DNA of 64,000 bases, taken from Octopus vulgaris. Its lineage: Eukaryota. The notes beneath the pieces were generated by a model. It searched no databases. It was given only the letters and a program-made list of their open reading frames with translations, and had not been told where the DNA came from. Each line of letters opens with the position of its first letter. The stretch's first letter is position 1. Of this stretch, positions 50,953 to 64,000 are shown piece after piece. The position numbers were made by a program, and so were the translations under genes. The stretch spans positions 6,076,001 to 6,140,000 of the forward strand of contig OX597827.1 of assembly GCA_951406725.2 (NCBI GenBank). Direction: 5' to 3'.

Positions 50953-51060
50953 TTCATGAAATTTTAACAACGATGTTTATACTGCATGAAATTTTGACAG
51001 TAATGTTACATTTCATGAAATTTTGACAGTAATGTTACATTTCATGAAATATTGAAATAA
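50953..51060. repeat. Minisatellite of about 29 bp (TTCATGAAATTTTGACAGTAATGTTACAT), about 4 copies
   Basis: Two near-perfect and two degenerate tandem units just upstream of the protocadherin exon. Confidence 0.8.
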
Positions 51061-53592
51061 TCTTTACATGGATGTCCCCACTCCAGCCTATCAGAAATAA
51101 TGGGCTGAAATGGTTTCATCTTTATTGGTACAAGGCCAGCAGTTTTAGTGGGAAGGGATAGGTGATTACATTGACCCCAATGCTCAACTCTTCTTCTTTT
51201 ACTGAGGATGAAAGGCGAAGTTGATGTTTGGGGAATTTGAACTTATAGTGTAAGAATTCAGAAGAAATGCAACAAAGCATTTTTTAAAGCATTTTGGATA
51301 ATGATTCTGCCAACTCACCACCTTCGGCGATTTGTAATAATTTTTTCAAACTTTTTGCATAGGTCCAGCACTTGCAAGGGGGGGTCAATGCCAGAGTTCA
51401 ACTTGTACTTTTATTGACCTCAAAAGGATGAATTGTAAAGTTGACCTTGGCAGCATTTGAACTCAGAAAGTAACACTAGAAGAAATACCACAAAGTATTT
51501 CATCTGTGGTAACATGGTAATGATTCTGCCACTTCGCCATCTTAAGCCCATTGGTAATTATGAATGGTACAAATTATTTAATACCTATATTTTTTCTATC
51601 TATGATTAAATTATATAATTTTATGCATATATCAAAGAAGAAAGTGTAGAGAAAAGAATGGGACTGTTTCTCCAGGAAGGGGTTTTGAAAAACAGAATGA
51701 AGGTGATGTTAGATTAGGTAAGTAAAGTAAATAATTTGAAGTTTATTTCATTTTTTAAAATTTTTCCTGAATTAAGATGTATTAAGATTAGGATCAAAAA
51801 TTGAGGCATTTCATGGAAGGATATTCCATTTTCATTTAATTACTGACATGTAAAAGCACAAGAAATATTATAAAAATATATTTAAGTGAATAATTTTGTT
51901 GTTTTAACGAATCTTGTAAATTATCATTTATTTTACTTGTTAACGAATTAAGTTTACAAAATAACCTTAAATGATATCTTTGCTTCCATTTTCTTTCTTA
52001 AAGAAAAAAATCAAAGCTAAGGGATAAATAACATACTGTTGTTGGGAAGCATTGAGCAAGTTAATCTCTCACAGACATAGTGAACTGAGATTATAAATGA
52101 TGAAGAAATATTTGCTATTGAAATGATAGAAATGAGTTTACCGAGATATTGTGAGTGGAATTGTAATTTGGAGGATAGAAAAAGGATTTATTAGTTACTC
52201 TAGAGAGCAATTACAATGTGAGAATGTGACCTGTAGAGGAAGAAATTATGTTACTAGATATTAAATTGTATAGCATAAATATGTTCAAATATTGGGAGAT
52301 ATTAACTGTTAAAACATAGATACTTTTACTGAACTCAGAAGACACATCACATTAGATGTAATAAAAAAAATATATATATCTACATACAAAGAAATAAAAA
52401 TGTAATAAATGAAAACAAAATGGACACTAGCAAGTAGCATAGATTAGTTATCTCCATCTTGCCTGTCCATATTTCCCTTCTGAGTATAGTGAAACATTAA
52501 TAGCGAAATGGGATTGAACTGAGATCCAATAATTTGGAAAGCAATAATTTGTTCTGTAGAGCACAATGACATCTTTTATATTCCTTACATATGTTATAGT
52601 TTATACTGTTGTCCCTTTTGAATCATAATGTTGGAATATGCCAGGAAAACATTGCTAAAGCCATTAATGGTGTCAATACTATTGTTTGCAATCATGGCAA
52701 TGACATGAAATTGATTATTTTAGCCGGAACATTCTATTTCAGTCAAATATATTTCATTGTAACCTTTCTCGTTGCCAGATTGCATTTCTATGTTTTTGCT
52801 TGCCAATATAATATTGTTTGAAGCCATAAGTGACAGAAATATTTCTTGCAATCTTCTGATATGAAAATTGAAAATTCCCTCTGAGTAGGGTTATTTTCTT
52901 TGACTTAAATAGATACATTACAAAAGAGCTTTATAGTCCGGAAGACAAGCGGAATCTATTCATGGAGGAACTGAAGAAAATTTGGTCAGCTCAAGGTTTT
53001 TGTGAGTCTTACTAATATTGAAACCGATTAAGGAATTCAAACGGCATATATTCTATTATCAAAGCCAATAATGTAACATCAGAATAGAATGACAACTTGC
53101 ATGACTACAAAAGCTGTTCTGCCAGGAGCAAAATGGAAATATTTTCCCCATTGTACAACTTATGACTATCAGTTTTGTTTCTCTTATCGACAGCTTTCGG
53201 GTGTTCGTAAACATCAACAGAGAAATGGATTTAACTCACTGTGATTCTTTTATGCTTGCTTTTATTATTTTTCTCTTTTTTTCTTATCATATTTAATATT
53301 TTGATTATTTGCTTGCTACAAAAAGAAATTCCTACATCCTTCCCTCCTCTCCTTACACACGCACACAAACACACACACACACATACAGACACACATACAC
53401 ACACATACACACTCATGCATGCACACACACACATGCACGCGCATGTGCACACACACACACACATGCTGATTTGAACTGAAACCTTTTAAAATTTCTGTTT
53501 CATATATTAATGATTAATTTTTCATTTTTAAAAGCAATTCCTGCTTTTGGCAAGAATATTTTTTTTTCACTCTTTATTTATTTATCTATTTA

Positions 53593-53845
<253 letters not shown>

Positions 53846-55935
53846 TGGTTCTGAAGACTAGTGTCCTTTAATGCAGTTTTCTATTTTTCTATATTTACAG
53901 CTTTTCTCTTCACCACCCTGCAGTAAAAATTTATGGATTTCACTAACCATAAAACAAAGCTAGATATCACTCCTAATGTCTTAAGGCATCAACACTATGA
54001 GCACTATAAATAATGGTCGGCAGCTTCAACAAATTTAAGAGCATATGCCTTCACCCTTGGAAAGCCAAAATGTCAGTAAGTACCATGTGGTAACAAAATA
54101 TTTCATTGCCAGTAATGAGTTTCAATAGGTGCAGGCATAGCTTGTAGTTAAGAAGTTTGCTTTACAACCAAGTGTCTGTGAGTTCAATACCACTGCATGG
54201 CATATATATATTAACAAAATATTTCAATGCCAATAACATGTTTCATTGAGTTCAGGCATGACTGTGTGGTTAAGAAGTTTGCTTTAAAACTAAATGGTTG
54301 AGTTCAATCCTGCTGTACAACACTTGTATTAATAAAATGTTTCAGCATTTGGTAACAAGTTTTAATGGGTGTAAACATAACTGCATCATGAGAAGCTTTC
54401 ATTGTAACTCCAAAGATGCAGGTTCTATTCCATAGCATGGCTCTTCTAGTAACTAAGTACTTCAAATACCTATAACAAATTCCAATCAACGCAAGCAAAG
54501 CTGTGTGGTTAAGCAGTCCACTTAGCAAACACATGATTTTGATTTCAATCCTATTGAACAACAGATTGAATAATTATTTCCTATAATTGCTTCAGTTTGA
54601 CCTAGACCTTGTGAGTGGACTTTAGTAAAGTGAAACAGTATGGAGGTCCATTATAGGCTGTCCTTCAGTGATAGATTTAATCATCCAAGTCCAACTTGGT
54701 CCTTGGATGACGTTAACGAAGTTCACTATGTTGTAAGCATTTGAGCCCTGGTCTCCATTCTAAAGAAAACTTCTATACCTCCCACCAGTTGTGGAGACAC
54801 TGAATGTAAAAAGTGGAGGTCAATGACATTGCCGTTCCTTTATTGACAAAGGCATTAAATAAATTAAAAAGAAAAAAAATTATTCCTTCCAACGTTGATG
54901 GTAGTTTTGCAGTGATTATCAATGTAGGTAGAGAAACTTACGATAAATGTTAATGGTTAACAAAGAGTTTTAGCTGAAGGGATCAATAATGATTTGAAAG
55001 CATTGACTAGCAAAAATTCTTCCTTTTAATGACAAAATAAGATCTTGGAAAATACATTATTGTATTTTGTTTTATATTTAAAATCTAAAAAAAGAAAAAA
55101 ATTAGAACCTTCCCCACACACAGCATTTTTCAAGTATTTTGATGTATATTGAATAATAGGAAAATTTTTTGATGTACATATTCACATAATTAGAAGTATA
55201 TGCATACAGATGTGCATGTAAATTTAGTAAAGTAAGTTAAGTGCACGAATGGAATTTTGTACCGTTTTTTTTATATGTTGCAACATATTTTTATACCCAT
55301 TCATATCTATCTGTCTATATGAATAAATATATGCAGAAAACAAAGCAATATATAAACTTGCTTTTAAGAGATAAAAAATGCAAAAATGCACAACAAATGA
55401 TCCTCTTCCCTTTTACCTCATTAATATTGTTGATGTTGTTACTATCATCATCATCATTAGGTAGTTAGCTGGCACAATCATTAGCACACTCGGCAAAAAT
55501 GCTTAGTAGCATTTCATCCATCTATTGAGTTCAAATTCTGCCGAGGTTAGCTTAGCCTTTCATACTTTTAGGGTTGATAAAATAAGTACCAGTTGAGCAC
55601 TGGGGGGGGGGGGGTGAGGAGTGATGTAATCGACTTACCACCTCCCCCCAAATTACTGGGCTTGTGCCAAAAATTGAAATCACCATCACCATCATCATCA
55701 TCATCATCATCATTATCCTCATCATTATTATTAGGTTGGCAAGTTACCTAATGGTATTTTTTCCACCTCGTTAAACTCTGAGTTCAAATTCTGTTAGGGT
55801 CATCTTTGCTTTTCATCCTTCTGGGGTTGACAAAATAGAGTACCAATAAAATACTGGGGGTAAATGATGCTGACTGATCCTCTTTTCATAAAATTGTTGG
55901 CCTTACACCAAAATTTGAAACAGTTATTATTATTG

Positions 55936-55970
<35 letters not shown>

Positions 55971-56407
55971 TGTATATGGTAGCAGTTTGGCAGAATTGTT
56001 AATGCATCAGATAAAATGCAATGCCATATGTATAGCAGAACTTTATGTTCTGATTTCAAATTCAGCCAAGATCACCATTGTGTTTATTCTTCTAAGTCAA
56101 TAGAAATAAAATATATGAGGTTGACATAATTAACTGTCTCTGTTCCCTAAATTTCTAGTTTTGCACCCCTATGTTTGAAATAATATTATTTGCATTACAG
56201 AAGACAGAAGGATCAGAACATTCAAATAAAATGTCTTCTGATGTTTAATAACAATTCTTTACACTCAGAAGTTGATAAAATGAAGTACCAGCCAGGTATT
56301 GGGGTTGATTTAATCACTTATAGCCCTTCCCACAAACATAAGTAGCTTTGTGTTTGTGTTAGAATTGATAAATATTTGTAATATATATTGGAGTGTAATA
56401 TATATTA

Positions 56408-56638
56408 AGGCGGCGAGTTGGCAGAAACGTTAGCACGCCGGGCGCAATGAGTAGCTGTATTTCGTCTGCCATTACATTCTGAGTTCAAATTCCACCGAGG
56501 TTGACTTTGCTTTTCATCCTTTCGGGGCCGATAAATTAAGTACCAGTTACGCACTGGGGTCGATGTAATCGACTTAATCCCTTTGTCTGTCCTTGTTTCT
56601 CCCCTCTGTGCTTAGCCCCTTGTGGGTAGTAAAGAAAT
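56408..56638 (+). mobile_element. SINE family B
   Basis: Colinear with 19168-19403. Confidence 0.85.
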
Positions 56639-57456
56639 ATATATATTAGAGTGAGACAAAATAATTCTCTTTTTTCAAATTTCCTCGAAGCTTAACACTG
56701 GACATCCACCATGGTAACCACTTGCAAACTGCATCCATTAAATACATGCATATTTATGATGGTAAATAAATTCAAAAATGCACTGGATTTTGGGGGTCAA
56801 ATTTTATCTTGTGTAAGTCCGACTGTCTTTTGGTTAAGGCATAGAAGTCTCTGAAAAGAGCTGGGCCCCAAAATATGTGTTATACAAATGCACATGTATG
56901 TGAATACGTCCTGAGATCACATGGAACAGTGCCTCTGCTACAGGGTTAAATAAGATCTGTGCCTGAAGTGTAAGTTCAGGAAAGCGGAAGATGAGCAAAG
57001 TAAATTCAAATTAGCTAGTAGAAGGCAGCAGGAAATCACTACTGTATCTATTCCAAAAAAATCATGAATCTTCAGACTTTGGTATGGCACTTTATGATTA
57101 CTGATGCCTGCAGATACAGTATAGGAAGAAAAAAAAGTTTAGTTATTCTAACCTCATAAAAAACATTTTTCAATAATTTAATCCCTCTGTTATGAGAATT
57201 ATGAACTGTACCACTTCATAGTACTCATTTCTTGGACGTAAAAAAACTATTTATGAAAGAAGTGTTGTGATCATAGACAAATTCAATGCAACTCTCTCTC
57301 TCTCACTCTCTGCATACATATATACAAACAGATGAGTACAACGTTGCTTGTAACCAGAACAGTTTGCTATTTTTGGATCCAAATCCAAATACAGTCGTTG
57401 AGTCAGAAAGTCATTCATGGTTTCACAATTCTTGGGATAGATTATAGATATGAATA

Positions 57457-57866
57457 TACTCTTTACTCTTTTACTTGTTTCAGTCATTTGACTGCGGCCA
57501 TGCTGGAGCACCACCTTTAGTCGAGCAAATCGACCCCGGGACTTATTCTTTGTAAGCCCAGTACTTATTCTATCGGTCTCTTTTTGCCGAACCGCTAAGT
57601 GACAGGGACATAAACACACCAGCATCGGTTGTCAAGCAATGCTAGGGGGACAAACACAGACACACGCACACGCACACACATATATATATATATACATATA
57701 TACGACGGGCTTCTTTCAGTTTCCGTCTACCAAATCCACTCACAAGGCTTTGGTCGGCCCGACGCTATAGTAGAAGACACTTGCCCAAGATGCCATGCAG
57801 TGGGACTGAACCCAGAACCATGTGGTTGGTAAGCAAGCTTCTTACCACACAGCCACTCCTGCGTCT
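57457..57866 (-). mobile_element. SINE family A
   Basis: Full-length match. Confidence 0.92.
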
Positions 57867-58532
57867 ATATGTATACTCCACTTACTTCCTATCAACTCTG
57901 AACAGAGGTATGCTTATACATATACATACATGCAAACAAGCATATATACAAATATACATATACATAGAATATATATGTATGTATCTATTTATCCCTCTTC
58001 TCTATATATGAATGTGTGTGTGTGTATGAAAGTAGTAACATCACATTACTTTATGTTGGATTTCTATTCTAGCATAGTTTGGCTGGTTGAGCCATCCTAG
58101 ATTACTACAGATCATGTTTGGAGTTAGTGTTTTGGAGAACCATATAGAAGCAGTACATTTCAAACTGGGTTCTTTCCCTATAGCTAAATGCTCCTCCTAT
58201 CAAAAACCACTTTTTACTTTGTATGTATGCACATATACATACATACATGCATATATATATATGATATAAGGCCGCCACATCCCCTGGGAAAGTAGATTGG
58301 CCTGTAAGAGTCCTTTGTCAGCGCCACGTAAAAAGCACCTGCGCTGGTGCCATATTAAAAACACCCAGCACACACTGTCAAGTGGATGGTATTAGGAAGG
58401 GCATTCAGCCACAGAAACCAAGTTAAATCAGCTTGGAACCTGGTGTAGCTTACCAGCTTGCCAACTCTGGTCAAACCATCCAACCCATGCTAGGAGGAGA
58501 AAAAGACATAAAAGGATGGTGCTGCTGCTGCT

Positions 58533-58600
<68 letters not shown>

Positions 58601-58601
58601 G

Positions 58602-58656
<55 letters not shown>

Positions 58657-58999
58657 GTATATATAAATAGGTATACACACACACATATATATATATATGC
58701 ATATATTTATTTATACTTATACATTTCTTTATATAAACATATGTTTATATGTATATAGCTTTTAATATATAGATATATATATCTATGTATTTGTATGTGT
58801 GTGTGTTTGAGCGTACATTCATAGGAAGCACAAAATTCAAATAGATTATATATTTATATACACATTTATAAATACACAACACCAAACGTAGTTACAGACA
58901 TGACATTTAATAATCTGAAATACCCAACCAGTTCATATAGGTGATAATAAAAGCAGAACAGAACATACACCCTCATACATACATATTACATATATATAC

Positions 59000-59111
<112 letters not shown>

Positions 59112-59303
59112 TTATTTATGTATGTATACACATCTATACTCATCTCCAGACACTTATTCATATATATATACATACATACTAAATTAGAAACACACTTGTG
59201 AATATAAAAATGTTTATTTCTCTAAATGCAAATAAGATTTTCACATTCATAATCTTAAATCAGTTTCTGCTTCAACTATTTTCACCACCTTATTTTGATT
59301 TTC

Positions 59304-59335
<32 letters not shown>

Positions 59336-59526
59336 AGTACACAAGCATATATATGTATATATATGTAGGTGTTATCTATGTATTTATTTGTTTTTCAGTA
59401 TGTGTGTATATATACACACACACACATACACACTTACATACATGCACACAGACATACACACCCAGACACACATACATAACATATATAAATACATACATAC
59501 ATACATACATATATATATACATACAT

Positions 59527-59565
<39 letters not shown>

Positions 59566-59646
59566 TGTACATATGTGTATATATATCTATATGTATATTT
59601 ATACGTACATATATATATGTGTGTGTGTGTGTATATATCATCTATA

Positions 59647-59728
<82 letters not shown>

Positions 59729-60578
59729 TGTATACATCCCAACACATGCGCACACAGACACAACTTAACCTTATGTATATATTCATATGCATGTGTGCGT
59801 ACGTGTGTGTTTGTGTTCGTGTGTGTATTTATATGTGCGTGCATCTCACCATATAATGGTCACTCACAACACTAACTTCCACATACCCATTTTTACAACG
59901 CCATACACCATACACATCATACCACTACTAGCATACATGCTCCAGAGCTCAAGAAAGTTTCCAATCAAAACATTTTTCATCTTATACTTTGATGCAAGCG
60001 ATTGAGAATAAAAATGCCATAAAATCTGCAACATTAACATTTTTGACAGTTTGCTCAAATAAAATTAGATTTATGTCCACCATAAGAAAGGTAGTGAGCT
60101 GTAATGTTTTATGGTCACATTTGTCAGAGATGATAACCCTAACGTACCGTTAATACTAATTTCAGACTTTTTACAACTACTCATATGCGATGTATCTTTG
60201 TGAATTATGCATCAGCAAAACTATTGCTATTACTGGTTTTTAATTGCACAAAAATCTCTCATTTCTTTGAACTGTTTTTATGTTTTATTTTGTTTTGTGT
60301 TTTGTTATGTGTTTTGTTTTGTGCTCTTTTTTTTGTTTTTGTCCTAAAACAATTACTTTCTTGTACACATAGAAAAACACAAGTATACACAGATATGTGT
60401 TTTTTTGTGTGTATCTGTGTGTCTCTGTAATATGTATGTATATAAATATGTGTGTGTGTATATATATATATATACACACGCACATATATACAAACATATA
60501 CATATGACATATGCATACATAGATGCATACATTCATACATATATACATATACATACATACATACATATATATACATAC

Positions 60579-60737
<159 letters not shown>

Positions 60738-61079
60738 GATATAGATATACATATATATATATATGTATATTGAAATAAGAATATGCATATGTATATGTAT
60801 ATGAATATGAATATGTATAAGTATATATATGTTCAAATATATACATTTATCTGACTTCATATGTATGTATGTGATTGAAATAATGTGTGGATGCATTTAT
60901 GGCCATACATACATACATACACACAATTATACATAAACATTCATACATATAGGTGTGTAGTTCTGCATCTGTGTTTGTGTGAAATTGATTTTGTCTGCTG
61001 ATTTTGTCTCACACATCCTGACAAATACTGTGTGTGGAAATTTAATTTTTATGTAACAGATATTGCAAAATAACAGTAG

Positions 61080-61129
61080 CTGTAGTAGTAATAATAATAA
61101 TGGTAGTAATAATAATCATGATGATGATG

Positions 61130-61223
<94 letters not shown>

Positions 61224-61360
61224 GGATGAGGATGGTGATGATATTAATGATGACAATGATGATGATGATGATGACGATGATGATGGTGAGGAGGAGGATG
61301 AGGAGGATAAGGATGAAAAGAAGCAAAAGCAGGAAGAGGTGTTGGTGGAGGATAAAGACC

Positions 61361-61394
<34 letters not shown>

Positions 61395-61402
61395 CTAGTG
61401 AA

Positions 61403-61450
<48 letters not shown>
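61080..61450. repeat. Compound trinucleotide array (AAT)n-(GAT)n-(GAG)-(TAG)n
   Basis: Seen directly. Confidence 0.95.
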
Positions 61451-61623
61451 AAGTTATTTCTACTATAGACAGGAAAATATTTTGCCCTTTCTAATTTAAG
61501 AACCATACACATACTTATACATATGTATATGTATGTCTAAAGCAATTCCGCTTATCAGTTTTAAATATCTCTCTCCCTCTCCGTCTCTCTGTCTCTCTCT
61601 CTCTGTATATATGTATGTGTATA

Positions 61624-61663
<40 letters not shown>

Positions 61664-62521
61664 TATATATATAGAAGGAACTATGGTATCCAGAATGGTT
61701 ATAGATAAATTACAAACTGTTGATAACAATAAAGTTTCTATGACTATAATATTGCTATTGGGTACTGTTTTAATTTGGCACAAGGGTTAAATTATAATTA
61801 ATTATAATTAGATGAAAAGTGCTAATTATGAAATTAAATTTTGTTGGATAATCACCATGTAAATAGGCTTTTGAAGAAAAGTAACATTAGTATGTTATTA
61901 CAAAATATAAAGTTAGTTAACTTATAAAAAAATGTTGAGATAAATTTTTTACATAGAGAATAAGGATATCAAAGCAATTAATCAGTTTGCTAATAAAAAA
62001 CTTTAAAATCTTTATTTAGTAGCATAAAGCAATTATTGTCATTGTGGTAAAATTTGGATAAGTTAGGTCTAGTCTGAGACTAGAAAACAAGATTGTCTAC
62101 ACGCAAACAAGGCACATTTTAATACTTGGGATAATGATCGATTTACAAACTCTAACTTTTTTCAGAGAGACAAAGTTTATTAAAATGTAAAAACAAAAAA
62201 AAAATGCCATTTGACTTTTAGGTTTGCAAACCCATAAAAATAGTGATACCTTCTTGTATTCCAGAAGGTGGTATGTATATCAGGGATTTTAAATGGGAGT
62301 CCATATGGTCCTTTCGGGCCCATATAAGATTTTGTTGTTTAAATTTGAGAGCAATTAATTGTTTATACTTCTGCAACACACAAAATACTTTAACAATGTC
62401 CTTATACAAGTCCTATTGATTTTTAATTATAAAAACATGACAAGACTTTTTAAACATCAAATGGTTAGCAGGGTCTATCAAAGGGACCCATAAGTAAAAA
62501 ATAGTTGAGAACTGCTGGTTA

Positions 62522-62570
<49 letters not shown>

Positions 62571-63413
62571 ACTGAGATATCATTTATACAATTTTTAATA
62601 GATACTAAGAGTAAACAAAATGTAAGTTCTATAAGTATTATGAAAACTACATGATGCTACCACAGCCCTAAAATGTTGATAAATAAAGCAGCAATATCTA
62701 TAAATATATAACAAAGATAGTTGTAAGTGACATAAAACTCCAAGTACAGGAAAAAAGTTTTATCAAATTATCTGCCTTCTTTAAGCTAGATCTGATATTA
62801 ATTACTTATTAAGGATAATATTATTTTTCTTTTAGAATATGATTATTGAAAATAAAATAAAAGCCACTCAAAAATAGATATAAATAAAATAAAACATTTC
62901 TAAAGTCAGAGAAAGCTGATTATATGAAGCCTTAACTTGTTCTTCTATATGTGAAGTGAAGCTAAAGGATGTAAATTGTGGAGATCATCAAATAAAAAGT
63001 CCCTAATTTTGAAGTGAAAGTTTCTTACAGTAGAACCTGCAACTTCTATGTATTATGAAGGACTTCAAAGCTTTATACATTATTAAAACAAAAAAAAAAT
63101 GCATATGAACATATTAGCAGAGAATGTACACACATGCACACACATACACATGCATGCGTCCATGCATGCACAAACACACACACACATATGCATGCACACT
63201 TACAAGTCATTTTCATGTTTCAGAAGTTTTGGTTCAAAATCTAATTCAACAGAGTTAACTGTTTGATAATTATGTCTAGTAACATAGAAAGTTTTATTTT
63301 TTTTTTATGTATATAACTTTTCTTTGCAGTATACATAAATAGAATGCTTGATGAAATCAAATTTATTTCAATCCTCTATCAACTAATTCAAACTTAATGG
63401 AGAGCAAAAGAAA

Positions 63414-63453
<40 letters not shown>

Positions 63454-63893
63454 CATACATACATACATATATACATACATACATACATATACATATATCT
63501 ATATATGTATATATGTAAATATATGCATATGTGTGTATATATATATATATATGTTGCAAGAGACAGAGAGATAAAGAGAGAATCATAATATTCTTTATTT
63601 CAGGATTAAAAAAACAGAATGTAGGAATAAATAACAGTATTGTATAAGACATAAAAAATTTCAAAGAAATTCCAAAATTTAGTTTTACTACTTTTCTATA
63701 CATCAACAAATATCAATATTACAATGTGATAGAATACTGTTATTGCCTCCAAATCACAAAATATTTTATGACAATACAATATCTATACTGTTTGTTACTA
63801 CTCAATATTCTGATATCAATTATTTTTTTTTTAATATCCTCAACTTGAAAAGTAATAGCAAATAACAAACAAACTATAAAGAAAGATATTTAC

Positions 63894-64000
63894 CAGCGAT
63901 GCCCAATCTTTGCTTCTGTATCATTTCAGATGTGTATCCTGCTGTAGAGTTGTAAGGTAACTGCTGCTGCTCTGTGCTGGCAGGTTTATGTAGCATGATC
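63894..64000 (-). other. Possible exon of an upstream gene, truncated by the window edge
   Basis: GC-richer, complex sequence in an AT-rich background. Open frame IMLHKPASTEQQQLPYNSTAGYTSEMIQKQRLGIA followed by G|GTAAAT; another frame ends SSSYLTTLQQDTHLK*. Confidence 0.3.

Noticed and set aside
61063-61398. Acidic N/D/E-rich 111-aa ORF resembling a biomineralisation or nucleoplasmin-like protein
   Set aside because: It lies wholly within a compound trinucleotide array, has a non-ATG start, and such arrays are common in this window.
62281-62518. Possible hAT MITE (CAGGG... / ...GTTGAGAACTGCTG)
   Set aside because: Only one end is convincing and no 8-bp TSD could be identified.

Overview
AT-rich, microsatellite-dense eukaryotic DNA. 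The protocadherin style and repeat families point to an octopus (coleoid cephalopod); this is an inference from sequence. The only clearly intact host gene is a minus-strand protocadherin coding exon (ATG 50836; signal peptide, six cadherin repeats, a transmembrane helix and a cytoplasmic tail; likely splice donor at 48439). Most of the rest is mobile DNA. It includes a 5'-truncated RTE-clade LINE (39962-42109) with a C4HC3 PHD-type finger inside its RT-bearing ORF, about ten orphan 3' tails of that LINE, and at least four tRNA-derived SINE families. It also holds mariner and Tc1 remnants, piggyBac, pogo and Tc1 MITEs, two non-autonomous Helitrons, and Penelope-type remnants with hammerhead-ribozyme-like motifs. 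The most unexpected signal is a hidden plus-strand fossil gene at about 24.2-29.3 kb, possibly longer. Its reading frame is restored exactly when two young SINE insertions are removed. Nearly all other ORFs in the track are microsatellite or SINE artefacts. All homology calls were made by eye without database searches, and repeat boundaries are approximate unless a TSD or TIR is quoted.
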